The notes: a model not told the origin generated them from the sequence alone. Shown: positions 12,103-25,377, numbered from the stretch's first letter. The stretch: 64,000 nucleotides of DNA from an uncultured Azospirillum sp. (GCA_902489795.1 CABUBU010000001.1:41956-105955), one strand, 5' to 3'. Numbers and translations: made by a program.

Positions 12103-12957
12103 TCACCGGTGCCCAGCTACACCAAAAAGTTTTCTGTTAATTTCTTTACCTACTACGCCTCCGGCAATATTACTCAGCACATTTTTAACATAATCACCGC
12201 CGCGATTTTCACTGCTGCCCACGCCATAAACTATGCCTGAAACTATAGTGCGGATATCTTCATTGCTAGTTTTAATGTGTAACGGCGCCGTTCGAGCCGG
12301 TTGTTTGATTAAATTCAGAGGACTTGCACGAGCTCCGACGATCTCAGCTATACCGGTCAGATAAGGCGACTCTCCATACCCGTCCTGCAGATTCTGCCGT
12401 CGTTGATTGCGTATGCGATGGTATCCGCGCTGAAATGCATTCCATCCTGAAGCATCCTGATGGGTAGACAAGGGCGAATAATGCGCCAGGGCATAAAACA
12501 AACCATGGATCAATCCCTCTGCTTCATCAGACCAACCAAAAGATAAACCCTGTATACCCGCGTTTGCCATATATTCACCGTTGCGCATAACGTCCTGCTA
12601 TAGATTTGTCTGTTCTTCCCTGTTTTGATCTTGCATCGGATGAATACGAACGTCCCCATTATTTGTATGAGCATAAATTGCGGAAGAGGAATTGGGATAT
12701 TGACTCTTCTGCTCCCGATTACCGTGATCCTCTTGATGAGCAAAAACGGATGACGACGAGCGCGCATCATCCGGAACGTCAATTATCCCAAAATCAGAGA
12801 TCGTACTGTAATCGTCCGTATGAAACGGATTCAAATAATAATAAGAACTTTCGCCCGGCCGCGGCATATGCCGCCTGATCAACATTTTCCCGTTAAATAT
12901 TTTATCTAAAATTTCTCTTGTATCTGACATGACGGTTACTTTTGCAAACAATTCCAT
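12103..12957 (-). pseudogene. split paralog of the 41645-42333 locus: N-domain ORF (12598-12957), in-frame TAG at 12598-12600, then C-domain ORF (12103-12588)
   Basis: The two ORFs share a frame and are separated by a single amber codon plus 3 sense codons. The N-domain aligns with 42103-42333 (..FNG..I.R..P..G....YY..). The C-domain shares GEY and NWGKETE/GWSDEAE motifs with 41645-42151. Confidence 0.45.
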
Positions 12958-13084
12958 ATTACATTATAGGTATAACATAAAATGTATTTAAAGTCAATGC
13001 CAAATAACAGTCCGCAAAAAAGTGCCGTCCGGGATCGTTAAAAACACGAACGCAAAAAGCGTCCCGTTTTCTTCCGGGAAAAAA

Positions 13085-13351
13085 CTACATAACCAGCAGT
13101 GCTGCAAGCGAGCAAACAATGACGACATAACAAAACAGCTTCCAATACCGGCCGTCCTTATAACCAACCAAATAAACGTCAAGCACGGGGAGTATGACGT
13201 AAAAGGAAATGTCCCACCAAAAACCGTTATATTCCGGCATAAAGAAAATGATGCGGACGAGAGCCACCGTCAGCAAAACCGCCGCGGCCGCGCCCAGAAA
13301 AGGCAGTTTTTCCCAACTCAAAGCTTTTCTCCTTTCCTTAAAGTCAGTCAA
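13085..13351 (-). CDS. hypothetical small membrane protein
   Basis: 88 aa with two TM helices, overlapping the upstream small membrane ORF by 8 nt. Confidence 0.3.
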   Translation of the reverse strand: MTDFKERRKALSWEKLPFLGAAAAVLLTVALVRIIFFMPEYNGFWWDISFYVILPVLDVYLVGYKDGRYWKLFCYVVIVCSLAALLVM

Positions 13352-13646
13352 CGGGATACAACAGAATTAACGTTTCAATTTCCGACGAAAAAACATATGT
13401 CAGCAACAGAAGAAGCAAACAAACACCGCTGAAAACCGCCGTCATCTTTGGATAATCGGGAGAAGTCAAATTAAACTGGAGCCATTTAAGCATAAAAATC
13501 AAAGGAACAAATACCCCCGACTTCCCCCGCCTCGGTCGGTGAGCCATGCCGAATTCAAACATCCATTTGAGAATGACCCATAATGCCAAAACGGCAAAAA
13601 TGACAGCCGGACGCCGGCTGCTATCCTGTTCTGTATCGCTTTCCAT
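13344..13646 (-). CDS. hypothetical small membrane protein
   Basis: About 100 aa starting at MESDTEQ with two TM helices. The track ORF extends upstream into low-complexity AT-rich sequence. Confidence 0.3.
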   Translation of the reverse strand: MESDTEQDSSRRPAVIFAVLALWVILKWMFEFGMAHRPRRGKSGVFVPLIFMLKWLQFNLTSPDYPKMTAVFSGVCLLLLLLTYVFSSEIETLILLYPVD

Positions 13647-13809
13647 AATGCTTTGATAACACACTCCCGTTGAAAAATCCACCACAAACGACAATCTGCA
13701 TACACAACCGGCCGGGCGCAAAAAGGCATTATTTGTGCTTGCAATAATGAAAGAGAAGTTATAGGTTGATTGCATTAAATTAATTAACCTAATTTTATGT
13801 AAGGATAAT

Positions 13810-16236
<2,427 letters not shown>

Positions 16237-16263
16237 GCTGCCGCTCAAACGGAAACTGCAATA

Positions 16264-16304
16264 AAAATCCTCAAAATTGCTCACAATTTTGAGGATTTTA
16301 TTGC
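16264..16304 (+). terminator. intrinsic terminator after hppA
   Basis: A 16-bp stem aaaatcctcaaaattg / caattttgaggatttt followed by a T-rich tail. Confidence 0.75.
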
Positions 16305-16337
16305 ATATTCGTTTTATATCTTATAGTATCGCCTAAA

Positions 16338-17459
16338 ATGAAAAAATTAAACATTTACATTTCCCGCCAGATATTCGTCGGGTTTCTTCTGGTCACCTTT
16401 TCGCTGATGTCGATTTTGTGGCTTACTCAGTCTTTGCGTTTTGTCGAACTGGTCACCAACAAGGGACTGCCGCTCAGTCTGTTCATCAAAATGACCTCCT
16501 GCCTGATGCCCCGGCTGTTTTCCCTGCTGTCGCCGATTTCCGTATTCGTGGCGGTTCTGTTCGTTTACAACCGGATGCTTTCCGACCGCGAACTGGTGGT
16601 CATGCAGTCGGCCGGCATCAGCCCCTGGCAAAACGCCCGACCGGCTCTTTATTTCGGCCTGGCGATGTCGTTTTTCGGCCTCTACGTCAACAACTTCGCC
16701 ATTCCCGATGCGGAAAAGGCCTTTGCCGACCTCGAATGGCAGGTTAAAAACGATGTTTCGCACCTGATGTTCCGGGAAGGGGAATTCACCACCCTGCAAA
16801 ACGGCCTCACCGTTTTCATTACCGCCCATGAAAAAGACGGTTCGGTGCAGGGCGTTCTGATCAACGACGAGCGCGACCCCAAAGCCAAAGTGACGGTTTC
16901 GGCCGAACACGGCGTCATCATTTATACCGAAAAAGGCCCCCGTCTGATCATGATCAACGGCGTCCGTCAGGAAATCGACAATAAAAGCGGACAGTTTTCC
17001 TCGCTTTCGTTTGACCGCTATTCAATCGACTTCGGCACCACCTCATCGGGCAAAAAGCGCGACGATTCGGCCCGTTCAAAAACGCTAACCGAACTGTTTG
17101 ACGCCGCGTCCAACCCCGAACTGACGCCGCAGGAAGCCAACCGCTACATTCTGGAAGGCCACCGCCGGCTGATGAATCCTTTTTACAATCTGGTGATGGC
17201 GCTTCTGGCCTGCACCGGACTTCTGGTCGGCAACTTCAACCGCCGCGGCCAGGGAAAAATCATCTCCTGCTCGATCGCGGCAATGGTTCTGATCGAAGCC
17301 GGCGACCTCGCCTTCGGCAATCTCTGCGGCAAAAGCCTCTATTTTCTCACCTTGCTTTACGCCAACCTGATTGTGCCTTTCATCGTCTGCCTGTACCTGT
17401 TGTTCTTTTACAATCCGGCCTGGTTCACCCGCCGGAATTCAAACCGGAGCGCAAGATAA
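16338..17459 (+). CDS. LptF/LptG-family (YjgP/YjgQ) LPS export permease
   Basis: 373 aa, 6 TM helices plus a periplasmic beta-jellyroll, immediately upstream of lptD with TAATG overlap. Confidence 0.8.
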   Translation: MKKLNIYISRQIFVGFLLVTFSLMSILWLTQSLRFVELVTNKGLPLSLFIKMTSCLMPRLFSLLSPISVFVAVLFVYNRMLSDRELVVMQSAGISPWQNARPALYFGLAMSFFGLYVNNFAIPDAEKAFADLEWQVKNDVSHLMFREGEFTTLQNGLTVFITAHEKDGSVQGVLINDERDPKAKVTVSAEHGVIIYTEKGPRLIMINGVRQEIDNKSGQFSSLSFDRYSIDFGTTSSGKKRDDSARSKTLTELFDAASNPELTPQEANRYILEGHRRLMNPFYNLVMALLACTGLLVGNFNRRGQGKIISCSIAAMVLIEAGDLAFGNLCGKSLYFLTLLYANLIVPFIVCLYLLFFYNPAWFTRRNSNRSAR

Positions 17460-19675
17460 TGTCATTCAAACCGTTCAAATACGCCTTGCTGGCGGCAGGC
17501 TTCGGAAGCGCCGCGCTGCTGCCGTTCTGGTCGTTTGCCGAAAGCGCGCCGGCGCCAAAGCGCGAACGCACGGAAATTCACTTCAGCGCTGATCAGGTGG
17601 AAGAAAACTCCGAAACCAAATTGATTACCGCCACCGGCAATGTTAACATCGTCCGCGAGGGCACCACCCTTAAAGCCGACAAAATCACGTATGACCGTAA
17701 AAACGACAAAATCACCGCCGACGGCCACGTCAATATCATTCAGCCGGACGGCACCACCGTCTTTGCCGACAGCGCCGAACTGGAAGACAAAATGTCAAAA
17801 GGTGCCATTCACGAAGTGAAAATGATTCTCGCCGACGAAAGCCGGGTCGCCGCCCGCCGCATCAAACAGTCGGAAAACAAAAACAAATATTTCTTTTACG
17901 GCGTTTATTCGCCCTGCGACGTCTGCGAAGACAACCCGTCCCCCCTGTGGCAGATAAAAGCGCGCAAAATCACTCACGACGCTGCCAACAAAGACGTTTA
18001 TTATCAGGATGCGTTTATCCAGATCAAAGACATACCGGTATTTTATACCCCGTTCATGTCGCACCCCGACCCGACGGTCAAACGGCGTTCCGGCTTTCTG
18101 CCGCCGTCGATGCGTTCCACATCTTACCTCGGCAGTTCGCTCGAACTTCGCTATTTCTGGAACATCTCCGACCATGAAGACCTGCTGTTTTCACCGCTTT
18201 TGAGCGCCGATCAGGGTGTGGTCTGGGGCGGCAGATACCGCAAAATGCTCTATAACGGCGAACTGAACCTGTCCGGTTCCTACATGAAAGACAAAGACAC
18301 CGACGAAAACCGCTACGGCATTTTCGCCAACGGACGTTATGAGATTAACGACCTCTGGCTGGGAAGTTTTGACATCAACTACGCTTCCGACAGTTCCTAT
18401 TTAAAAGACCTCTCACTGCCTGGCAAAACCGAAACCTGGCTGACTTCGCACGCCGCGCTCGAACGTTTCGAAAACCGCGATTATGCCGCCATTGAGGCCT
18501 ATTCCTACAAGCTGGTCAGCTATTCCCTCAAAGAGTATCACGCTTCCGAATTTGAAAAACGCGATTACAGCAAACCTTATATCCTGCCGCTTATCACCTA
18601 TGAACACATCGGCGAAACCAACAGCTACGGCGCCTATTTCAAAAACACCGTCAGCACCGCCTCCGTATACCGCGAACGCGACGAAACCAAAACCCAGCGG
18701 GCGACCATGATCAATTCCTGGAACCTGCCTTATACCAGTCCTTACGGCGAAAAATACAAGTTCGTAGCTTCGGTCAAATCGGATGTCTATTACATTGACA
18801 AATACGTCAACAGCTATGACAGCAGCTATACCGGCGCCGTCGGCCGGGTATTTCCGCAGGCGGGGTTGGAATGGCGGCTGCCGTTCGTCAAAGCGACGGA
18901 AAGCTCGCGCCAGATCATCGAACCGATCATCGTCGCCGTGGCGGCACCGAACGGAGGCAACAAAATCAACAAAATTCCCAACGAAGACAGCCTTAACGCC
19001 CAGCTGGACGACACCAACATCTTAAACCTGGACCGCTACAACGGCTATGACCGGAACGATACCGGCAGCCGCATCAGTTACGGTTTCAACTGGAGCTCTT
19101 ACGGCAACATTATCGGCCGCACCTCCATGTTCATCGCCCAGAGTTACTACTTTAACGAAGACGAAAGCTTTTCACAAAGCCTTGGCGACAACAGTCATTT
19201 CAGCGACTATGTCGGCCGCGTTTACGCCTCGCCGGCCTCATACCTCGACTTCAACTACCGGTTCCGCATCGACCGTACCGACCATTCGCTGAAATACAAC
19301 GAAATCAACGCCAAAATCGGCCCCGACGTCCTGTCGGCCTACATTGCCTTCACCTCAATCAAAGGGCGCAAGGACAATCGGGCGGACAGCGGGCTTTATT
19401 TCTTCGACGACTACCGGGAAAGAAAGGAACTCTACACGTCAATCCAGGCCAAAATTTCCCGCGACTGGAGAATCACCGCCTATAACCGTCAGGATCTGAC
19501 CAAAGGATCGGTCGGATCGCTTGAACACGGCGGCAAGATAATTTATGAAGACGAATGCTTTAAATTAGTCTTTGACATTCATAAATACAACTCGACCGAC
19601 CCCGACTACGAAGACGGCTACGAATATTCCGCCACGTTTCTCTTGAAAACGCTCGGCGGTATCGGTTCAAACTAA
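17459..19675 (+). CDS. lptD: LPS-assembly protein LptD (OstA/Imp)
   Basis: 738 aa with a signal peptide, an N-terminal OstA domain and a large C-terminal beta-barrel, in the lptD-surA-ksgA order. Confidence 0.9.
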   Translation: MSFKPFKYALLAAGFGSAALLPFWSFAESAPAPKRERTEIHFSADQVEENSETKLITATGNVNIVREGTTLKADKITYDRKNDKITADGHVNIIQPDGTTVFADSAELEDKMSKGAIHEVKMILADESRVAARRIKQSENKNKYFFYGVYSPCDVCEDNPSPLWQIKARKITHDAANKDVYYQDAFIQIKDIPVFYTPFMSHPDPTVKRRSGFLPPSMRSTSYLGSSLELRYFWNISDHEDLLFSPLLSADQGVVWGGRYRKMLYNGELNLSGSYMKDKDTDENRYGIFANGRYEINDLWLGSFDINYASDSSYLKDLSLPGKTETWLTSHAALERFENRDYAAIEAYSYKLVSYSLKEYHASEFEKRDYSKPYILPLITYEHIGETNSYGAYFKNTVSTASVYRERDETKTQRATMINSWNLPYTSPYGEKYKFVASVKSDVYYIDKYVNSYDSSYTGAVGRVFPQAGLEWRLPFVKATESSRQIIEPIIVAVAAPNGGNKINKIPNEDSLNAQLDDTNILNLDRYNGYDRNDTGSRISYGFNWSSYGNIIGRTSMFIAQSYYFNEDESFSQSLGDNSHFSDYVGRVYASPASYLDFNYRFRIDRTDHSLKYNEINAKIGPDVLSAYIAFTSIKGRKDNRADSGLYFFDDYRERKELYTSIQAKISRDWRITAYNRQDLTKGSVGSLEHGGKIIYEDECFKLVFDIHKYNSTDPDYEDGYEYSATFLLKTLGGIGSN

Positions 19676-19689
19676 CCAAGGAGTTACTT

Positions 19690-20751
19690 ATGATCAAGAA
19701 AATGCTGCTGGCCTTGTGCCTGATGTTTTCCGCCGAAGCCCGGGCTCAGTTTGCCGCCGGCTATGTGCCCGTCCGGCCGGAAGCCGCCCCTGCGGAAGAA
19801 GAACGGCAATCGGTGTTGTTCCGTCAGGCCCCCGCACCGGCGGAAGCCGCGCCCCGTCCCGCGGAGCCCGAAAACATCCGCAAACCGACACCCTACGCCG
19901 GCTCCATCCGCATTCTGGCGCAGGTCAACGGCGACATCATCACCACCGAAGACATCAACCATCGGGTGCGCGCCTTCTGCATGACCACCGGCATCCCCTA
20001 CAACCGGCAGACAAAACTGCTGATCATCAACAAAGTCATGCAAAACACCATCGACGAAAAGCTGAAGGCTCAGGAAGCCGCCCGCAGCCAGATCGAAATC
20101 GGCGACAAGGAAATTGACAACGCCGTCGGCGTTTTCTGCCAAAACAACGGCATCAGCCGCAGCCGGCTCAGCCAAATGCTGAAAGATTCCGGCGTCAGTC
20201 CGGAGGTTTTCCGCGAACAGCTGAAAACCGATCTTGCCTGGATCCGTGTCGTCCACCGCGGCACCATGGGAGAAACTATCACTCAGCCGGAAATCGAGGA
20301 AGCCCTCGCCATCGCCAAACGCGATATGAGCAAACCCAAATTCATGCTTTCCGAAATCGTAATTTCCGCCAAAGACGCCAAACACATTTCCCAGCTGGCT
20401 GAAAATCTCCGTCAGGATCCCCGTTTTGAACTTTACGCCGCACAGTTCTCGCAAAGCCCGAGTTCGTCTTCGGGCGGCAAACTCGGCTGGGTTACGGAAG
20501 GCCAACTGCCGCCGGAACTGGAAAAGCATATAAAAAACCTTTCTTCCGGAGAAGTCAGCGATCCGATCCTGTACAACGGCGACTATTACATTTTCAAAGT
20601 CGAGAAAAAATTCGACCCGGACAAAGACCGGATGCCGCTGCCCTCAAATGAGGAAGTGAAAAACATGCTGCAAAACCAAAAGAACGAACGCTATGCCGAA
20701 GAGCGCATGCAGGAACTGCGCCAGCGGGCGGTTATCGAACTGAAAGAATAA
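19690..20751 (+). CDS. surA: periplasmic chaperone / peptidyl-prolyl isomerase SurA-like (single parvulin domain)
   Basis: Signal peptide, a SurA N-terminal domain and a parvulin domain (GGKLGWVTEGQLP...), downstream of lptD. Confidence 0.8.
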   Translation: MIKKMLLALCLMFSAEARAQFAAGYVPVRPEAAPAEEERQSVLFRQAPAPAEAAPRPAEPENIRKPTPYAGSIRILAQVNGDIITTEDINHRVRAFCMTTGIPYNRQTKLLIINKVMQNTIDEKLKAQEAARSQIEIGDKEIDNAVGVFCQNNGISRSRLSQMLKDSGVSPEVFREQLKTDLAWIRVVHRGTMGETITQPEIEEALAIAKRDMSKPKFMLSEIVISAKDAKHISQLAENLRQDPRFELYAAQFSQSPSSSSGGKLGWVTEGQLPPELEKHIKNLSSGEVSDPILYNGDYYIFKVEKKFDPDKDRMPLPSNEEVKNMLQNQKNERYAEERMQELRQRAVIELKE

Positions 20752-20753
20752 AA

Positions 20754-21575
20754 ATGCTGCCCGGTCTTCGCGAAACGGTCGAAAAACACGGCTTGCTGGC
20801 GTCTAAAGCGCTGGGGCAGAACTTTCTGCTCGACCGCAACATTACCGACAAAATCATCCGCCTCAGCTTAAACCGGCAGGGGTTGTCTTCTTTTGCCGGC
20901 TGCAACATCTGCGAAATCGGTCCCGGACCGGGCGGATTGACGCAGGCGGTGCTGGAAGCCGCCCCGGCTTCGCTGACGGTTATCGAGATGGATCCCCGCT
21001 GCATTGCGATCATGGAAGAACTGAAAGCGGAAACAACAATTCCTTTCCGCATCGTCAACGGCGATGCCCTTGCTTTCGACCTTTCCCGGGAAATCGAGGC
21101 GCCCCGCCAGCTTGTCAGCAACCTGCCCTACAACGTTTCGGTGCCGCTTTTGACCGGCTGGCTGAAACAGGCCGGCAGCTACCGGGCAATGACGCTTATG
21201 TTCCAGAAAGAAGTGGCGGAAAGGATTACCGCTCCCACCCGCTGCAAAGACTACGGCCGGCTTTCGGTGCTGGCACAGCTGACCTGCGGCGTCGCAAAGC
21301 TTCTGGAACTGCCGCCGGAATGCTTTACCCCGGCGCCGAAAATCCGTTCGACGGTTTTGCTGTTTACTCCGAAAACCGAAATTCCCGCTGCCGAAACGCT
21401 GGCAAAAGTCGAAAAAATCACCTCGCTCGCCTTTGGCCAGCGGCGCAAAATGCTGCGCCAGAGCTTGAAAACAATGCCCGACCTGCTTGACAAATGCAGG
21501 CATCTCGGCATTGAGCCGACCGCCCGCGCCGAAGAACTGCCGCCGGAAGCTTTTCTGCAACTGGCCGAAAACTGA
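20754..21575 (+). CDS. rsmA: 16S rRNA (adenine1518/1519-N6)-dimethyltransferase
   Basis: Motifs LGQNFLLD and EIGPGPGGLT with the SAM fold (KsgA/Dim1 family). Confidence 0.92.
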   Translation: MLPGLRETVEKHGLLASKALGQNFLLDRNITDKIIRLSLNRQGLSSFAGCNICEIGPGPGGLTQAVLEAAPASLTVIEMDPRCIAIMEELKAETTIPFRIVNGDALAFDLSREIEAPRQLVSNLPYNVSVPLLTGWLKQAGSYRAMTLMFQKEVAERITAPTRCKDYGRLSVLAQLTCGVAKLLELPPECFTPAPKIRSTVLLFTPKTEIPAAETLAKVEKITSLAFGQRRKMLRQSLKTMPDLLDKCRHLGIEPTARAEELPPEAFLQLAEN

Positions 21576-21845
21576 CGACAGCGGCCGCCCAAACGACGGA
21601 TCTGCGTGCTGCCGGCAATTTCCGGCGCGACTTTAAACAGCGGTCGCCCGCTTTCGACAACCGCATCCCCGCGTCGTCCTTCCCCGTCCGGCGGCAGTTA
21701 TTCCCGAAAGCGGCATATTTTCGGCACGACGCCTTTTTTCAGACAGAAAATAAAATTTTGTCAATTTTTGGCTTGAAAAATTCGAACGATTGTGGTATCC
21801 GTAGTTTTAGTCAATCATTATTAATAAAATTAAAAACCGACTATA

Positions 21846-22396
21846 TGAAAAGAAAAGATGTTTTTAGTGCTTTTGCCCGCAAGCTCGGCATCAGCAGACA
21901 AAATCTGGAAAATTACCGGATTAACGACGGCAGGATTTATCTTCCGTATTTGCAGAGCATTTTTACCGACATCAAAAAACAGCTCCAAAGCGACCGGAAA
22001 AACTACAATCTCGTCGACGAATTCAGCGCCAGATCCGCCAACCCGTGGGCCTATCTCCGAACGGACGCCGGCCTTCTCACTCTGGTGCGGCTGCTTACCC
22101 TGCACACCGGACGAACATCTGCCAAAGTCAGGGCGGAATGCACCCGACCTCGGATCACGCCTTCCTTGTTGTGGGAATTTCTGGCGGTACAGATGGAAAC
22201 CTCTGTCGACAAACTGGACAGGGAAATGTCTGTCAGGGACATCAAACTGCCGCTGGCCGGCAATGAAAACCATTCCTGGCTGACGTTCGTCATCTGGGGC
22301 GACAACATTTTCGGCGACGGCACTCTGAGCGAACGCGCCGATGAAATCGCCGGAATGAAAGTCAGCGAACTGTTTTCTTTCTGGACTCATCCGTAA
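21846..22396 (+). CDS. hypothetical protein with an N-terminal XRE-like HTH
   Basis: ..FARKLGISRQNLENYR.. reads as a helix-turn-helix; the rest has no recognisable family. Start is uncertain (track ORF starts at 21758). Confidence 0.4.
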
Positions 22397-22412
22397 AGCG
22401 GACTTCACGTCT

Positions 22413-22450
22413 AAAAAAGAGAAGCCTTGAAAGCGGCTTCTCTTTTTTTG
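22413..22450. terminator. bidirectional terminator between the HTH gene and the convergent xerC/D
   Basis: A6, hairpin agagaagcc-ttgaaagc-ggcttctct, then T7. Confidence 0.75.
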
Positions 22451-22639
22451 TGCTTCAAACATCTGCATAAACAGGCCGATACGAACATGCCGCCCGGCCG
22501 CAAAGCTTGCGAAGCTTTACAGCTTTATATTCGAGGACAGCACTGGTTAACACCGTTCGCATCCCCGCTTTGTCCGGCGGAAACTTATGCCGGGAAAGCC
22601 CGCCTCAAACGCGGGCGTCCTTTTTTTGCCCATTTTGTC

Positions 22640-23569
22640 TCACACGCCGTCCGTTTCCGCGAGCACCCTCTGCATTTCCGCTTTAGCCAGCGGATGATTT
22701 TTATTAACCGTGTCAACCAACTGCTCGGAAATAACATGAGTATATATTTCGGTGGTGGATATGTCTTCATGTCCCAGCAATTTTTGCACACTGCGCAAAT
22801 CCACGCGGCGGTTCAAAAGATGGGTGGCAAAAGAATGGCGGAGAACGTGCGGAGAAACCCGGGTCGGCGAAATGCCGGCCTTAACCGCCAGATTTTTCAG
22901 ATTCTTAAAGAAATTATCACGGGTCACATGTCCGGAAACCGCGGTTTTGGAAGGAAACAGCCACGGCGATTTGCGCCCGTCAAGATACCGTTCGCGCCGC
23001 ACCGCATATTCCTCAATTGCCGCAAGCGCCGCCGGCGCCGCCGGTACCAGTCTTTCCTTAGCGCCTTTGCCGAAAACCAGAATCTGCCTTTTTTCAAAAT
23101 TGATGCAATTTACCGGCAGCGCCACCAGTTCCGACACCCGCAGACCGCAGGCATACATCAGTGCTAACATCGCTTTCAATCGGCAGTGAGCAAAATCCGT
23201 TTCCTCTTCCGCTGCCAGCAGCAGCCGTTTTATTTCCCCCGCGCTCAAAAACTTCGGCAGCGGCTTTTCCTGCCGGGGCGACAAAACGCCCGCCGCCGGA
23301 TTCGTTTTGATTTCATCTTCCGAATAGAGAAACTTGTAAAATTCTTTCACCGCCGAAAGCTTGCGTGCCATGCTGCGCGGTGCAAACCCCCGGCTGCCGA
23401 GGTCACGGACAAAGGCGGCAACGTCGTCTTCTTCGACCAGCGCACAGTCCCTGCCGAAAAAAGCCAGAAACTGCAACACGTCGCGCCGGTAGGCGGCAAC
23501 CGTATTCGGTGCAGCCCCCTTTTCGGCCGCAATCATGTCGAGAAAATCTTTCAGCCGCCGGTCCGTCAT
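22640..23569 (-). CDS. site-specific tyrosine recombinase XerC/XerD
   Basis: Phage-integrase N-terminal SAM-like domain and the catalytic R..HxxR..Y signature (LRHSFATHLL...TEIYTHV). Confidence 0.88.
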   Translation of the reverse strand: MTDRRLKDFLDMIAAEKGAAPNTVAAYRRDVLQFLAFFGRDCALVEEDDVAAFVRDLGSRGFAPRSMARKLSAVKEFYKFLYSEDEIKTNPAAGVLSPRQEKPLPKFLSAGEIKRLLLAAEEETDFAHCRLKAMLALMYACGLRVSELVALPVNCINFEKRQILVFGKGAKERLVPAAPAALAAIEEYAVRRERYLDGRKSPWLFPSKTAVSGHVTRDNFFKNLKNLAVKAGISPTRVSPHVLRHSFATHLLNRRVDLRSVQKLLGHEDISTTEIYTHVISEQLVDTVNKNHPLAKAEMQRVLAETDGV

Positions 23570-23805
23570 CTTCCTCTACCGGGCAAAAGTGTTTTCGATC
23601 GGCTGTTCGACTGTTTCCGGCGTAAAAGGAATCTCGCGGGAAATTACCCACAGCACCAATGCCGCAACAACCGCGGCCGCCGCGTAAAACCAAATTTTTC
23701 CGTTGCCTTTCTGACGCATATTTTCACCTTCCGCAAAAAAACATTGATAAAATTTAAACTGTTTATATTATGACAGCAAATATTTGAAATAAAGATTAAC
23801 AAACC

Positions 23806-24336
23806 ATGGAAAACAACAAAATAATTTTGCTGGTCGGCCTCATGGGCAGCGGCAAAACCAGCGTCGGCAAGCGTCTGGCCAAAAGGCTCGGGCTGCCTTT
23901 TGTCGACGGCGATCAGGAGATAGAAAAGGCGGCCGGACTGCCGCTGGTTGACGTTTTAAAATGTTTCGGCGAAGAAGAGTACCGCGCCGGCGAAGCCCGG
24001 GTCATGAAACGACTGCTTCAGGGCGAACCCTGCGTACTGGCTTCGGGCGGCGGCTCTTTCGTGCCCGCCCAGACCCGCGAACTGGCGCGGCAGCACGCCG
24101 TCACCATCTGGCTCAAAGCCGACGTCGACGTCCTCTACCACCGCACCGCCGGCCGGCGCCATCGTCCGTTTATCGAAGGCAACGACGAACACCTGAAAAA
24201 CAAGCTGGAAAAATATATCAGGGAAGAATACCCCTATTATTCCGAAGCGGACATCGTGGTCGAAACCCGGGAAGAAATGGTCGACAACACGGTCGAACGC
24301 GTAATTGAGGCTATCCGGAAGTTTACGCAAAAATAA
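23806..24336 (+). CDS. aroK: shikimate kinase
   Basis: Walker A GLMGSGKTSVGK and the shikimate-kinase fold, 176 aa. Confidence 0.88.
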   Translation: MENNKIILLVGLMGSGKTSVGKRLAKRLGLPFVDGDQEIEKAAGLPLVDVLKCFGEEEYRAGEARVMKRLLQGEPCVLASGGGSFVPAQTRELARQHAVTIWLKADVDVLYHRTAGRRHRPFIEGNDEHLKNKLEKYIREEYPYYSEADIVVETREEMVDNTVERVIEAIRKFTQK

Positions 24337-24549
24337 TCGTTCCCCGGCCAAATTTTTTACTTGCAAAATAAGCAAAGTATGTGTAAAAAGACAGCGAATA
24401 TCAACCATTTGATATTCGCTTGTTTTAACAATTCACACGCAGGCGCGGCGGAAGCTTCTTGCTGTTTTCAAAGAAGAGTTCGCTCCGGTGCCCGGGCAGA
24501 CCGGGCCGAAAGTCTGCGGAGGTTTAACCGGAAAAAAGGATATATATAA

Positions 24550-25377
24550 ATGTCACTTCCTAAATTTACGATTCGCCAGATGATTGAAAACGGCGTTCAT
24601 TTCGGCCACCACGCCCGTCGCTGGAACCCGAAAATGGCCGGCTATATCTACGGCAAAAAAGACAACGTTCACATCATTGACCTGCAGCAGACCTACCCGA
24701 TGCTTTACACGGCCTTGAATGCCGCGAAAGAAATTGCAGCCAACGGCGGCAAGGTTCTCTTCGTCGGCACTAAAAGACAGGCTCAGGACATCATCAGGGA
24801 AAACGCTGAAAGATGCGGACAGTATTATGTCAACTACCGCTGGCTCGGCGGCATGCTGACCAACTGGAAAACCGTTTACAAATCAATTTCCCGTTTGGTT
24901 AAGCTCAACGAGATGTTCGACAACAACGCCACCGAAGGCTACACCAAGAAGGAACTGCTCAACCTGCGCAAAGAACAGGAAAAGCTGGCCAAAGAATTGA
25001 GCGGTGTTATGAACATGGGCGGACAGCCGGATCTGCTGTTTGTCGTTGACATGCCGAAAGAAGACCTGGCGATCAAAGAAGCCAAAAAACTCGGCATTCC
25101 GGTCATCGCCATTGCCGATACCAACGCCGACCCGACTTTGGTCGACTTCCCGGTTCCGGGCAACGACGACGCCATCCGCGCCATTCAGTTCTACTGCGAG
25201 CTGGTATCTTCCGCCGTTTTGGACGGTATCCAGGCCGAAATCGCCGCTCAGGGCGTTAAGGTAGAAGAAATCATGGCCGAAAACGACGCCAAACCGGCCA
25301 GAAAGAAAGCCGCCAAGGCTGCTGCGGAAGGCGAAGAAGAAGCCAAGGCCGGCAAGAAGGCCAAAGCTGCCGAATAG
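24550..25377 (+). CDS. rpsB: 30S ribosomal protein S2
   Basis: [15 protein letters not shown].. motif and an acidic K/A/E-rich C-terminal tail. Confidence 0.95.
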   Translation: MSLPKFTIRQMIENGVHFGHHARRWNPKMAGYIYGKKDNVHIIDLQQTYPMLYTALNAAKEIAANGGKVLFVGTKRQAQDIIRENAERCGQYYVNYRWLGGMLTNWKTVYKSISRLVKLNEMFDNNATEGYTKKELLNLRKEQEKLAKELSGVMNMGGQPDLLFVVDMPKEDLAIKEAKKLGIPVIAIADTNADPTLVDFPVPGNDDAIRAIQFYCELVSSAVLDGIQAEIAAQGVKVEEIMAENDAKPARKKAAKAAAEGEEEAKAGKKAKAAE

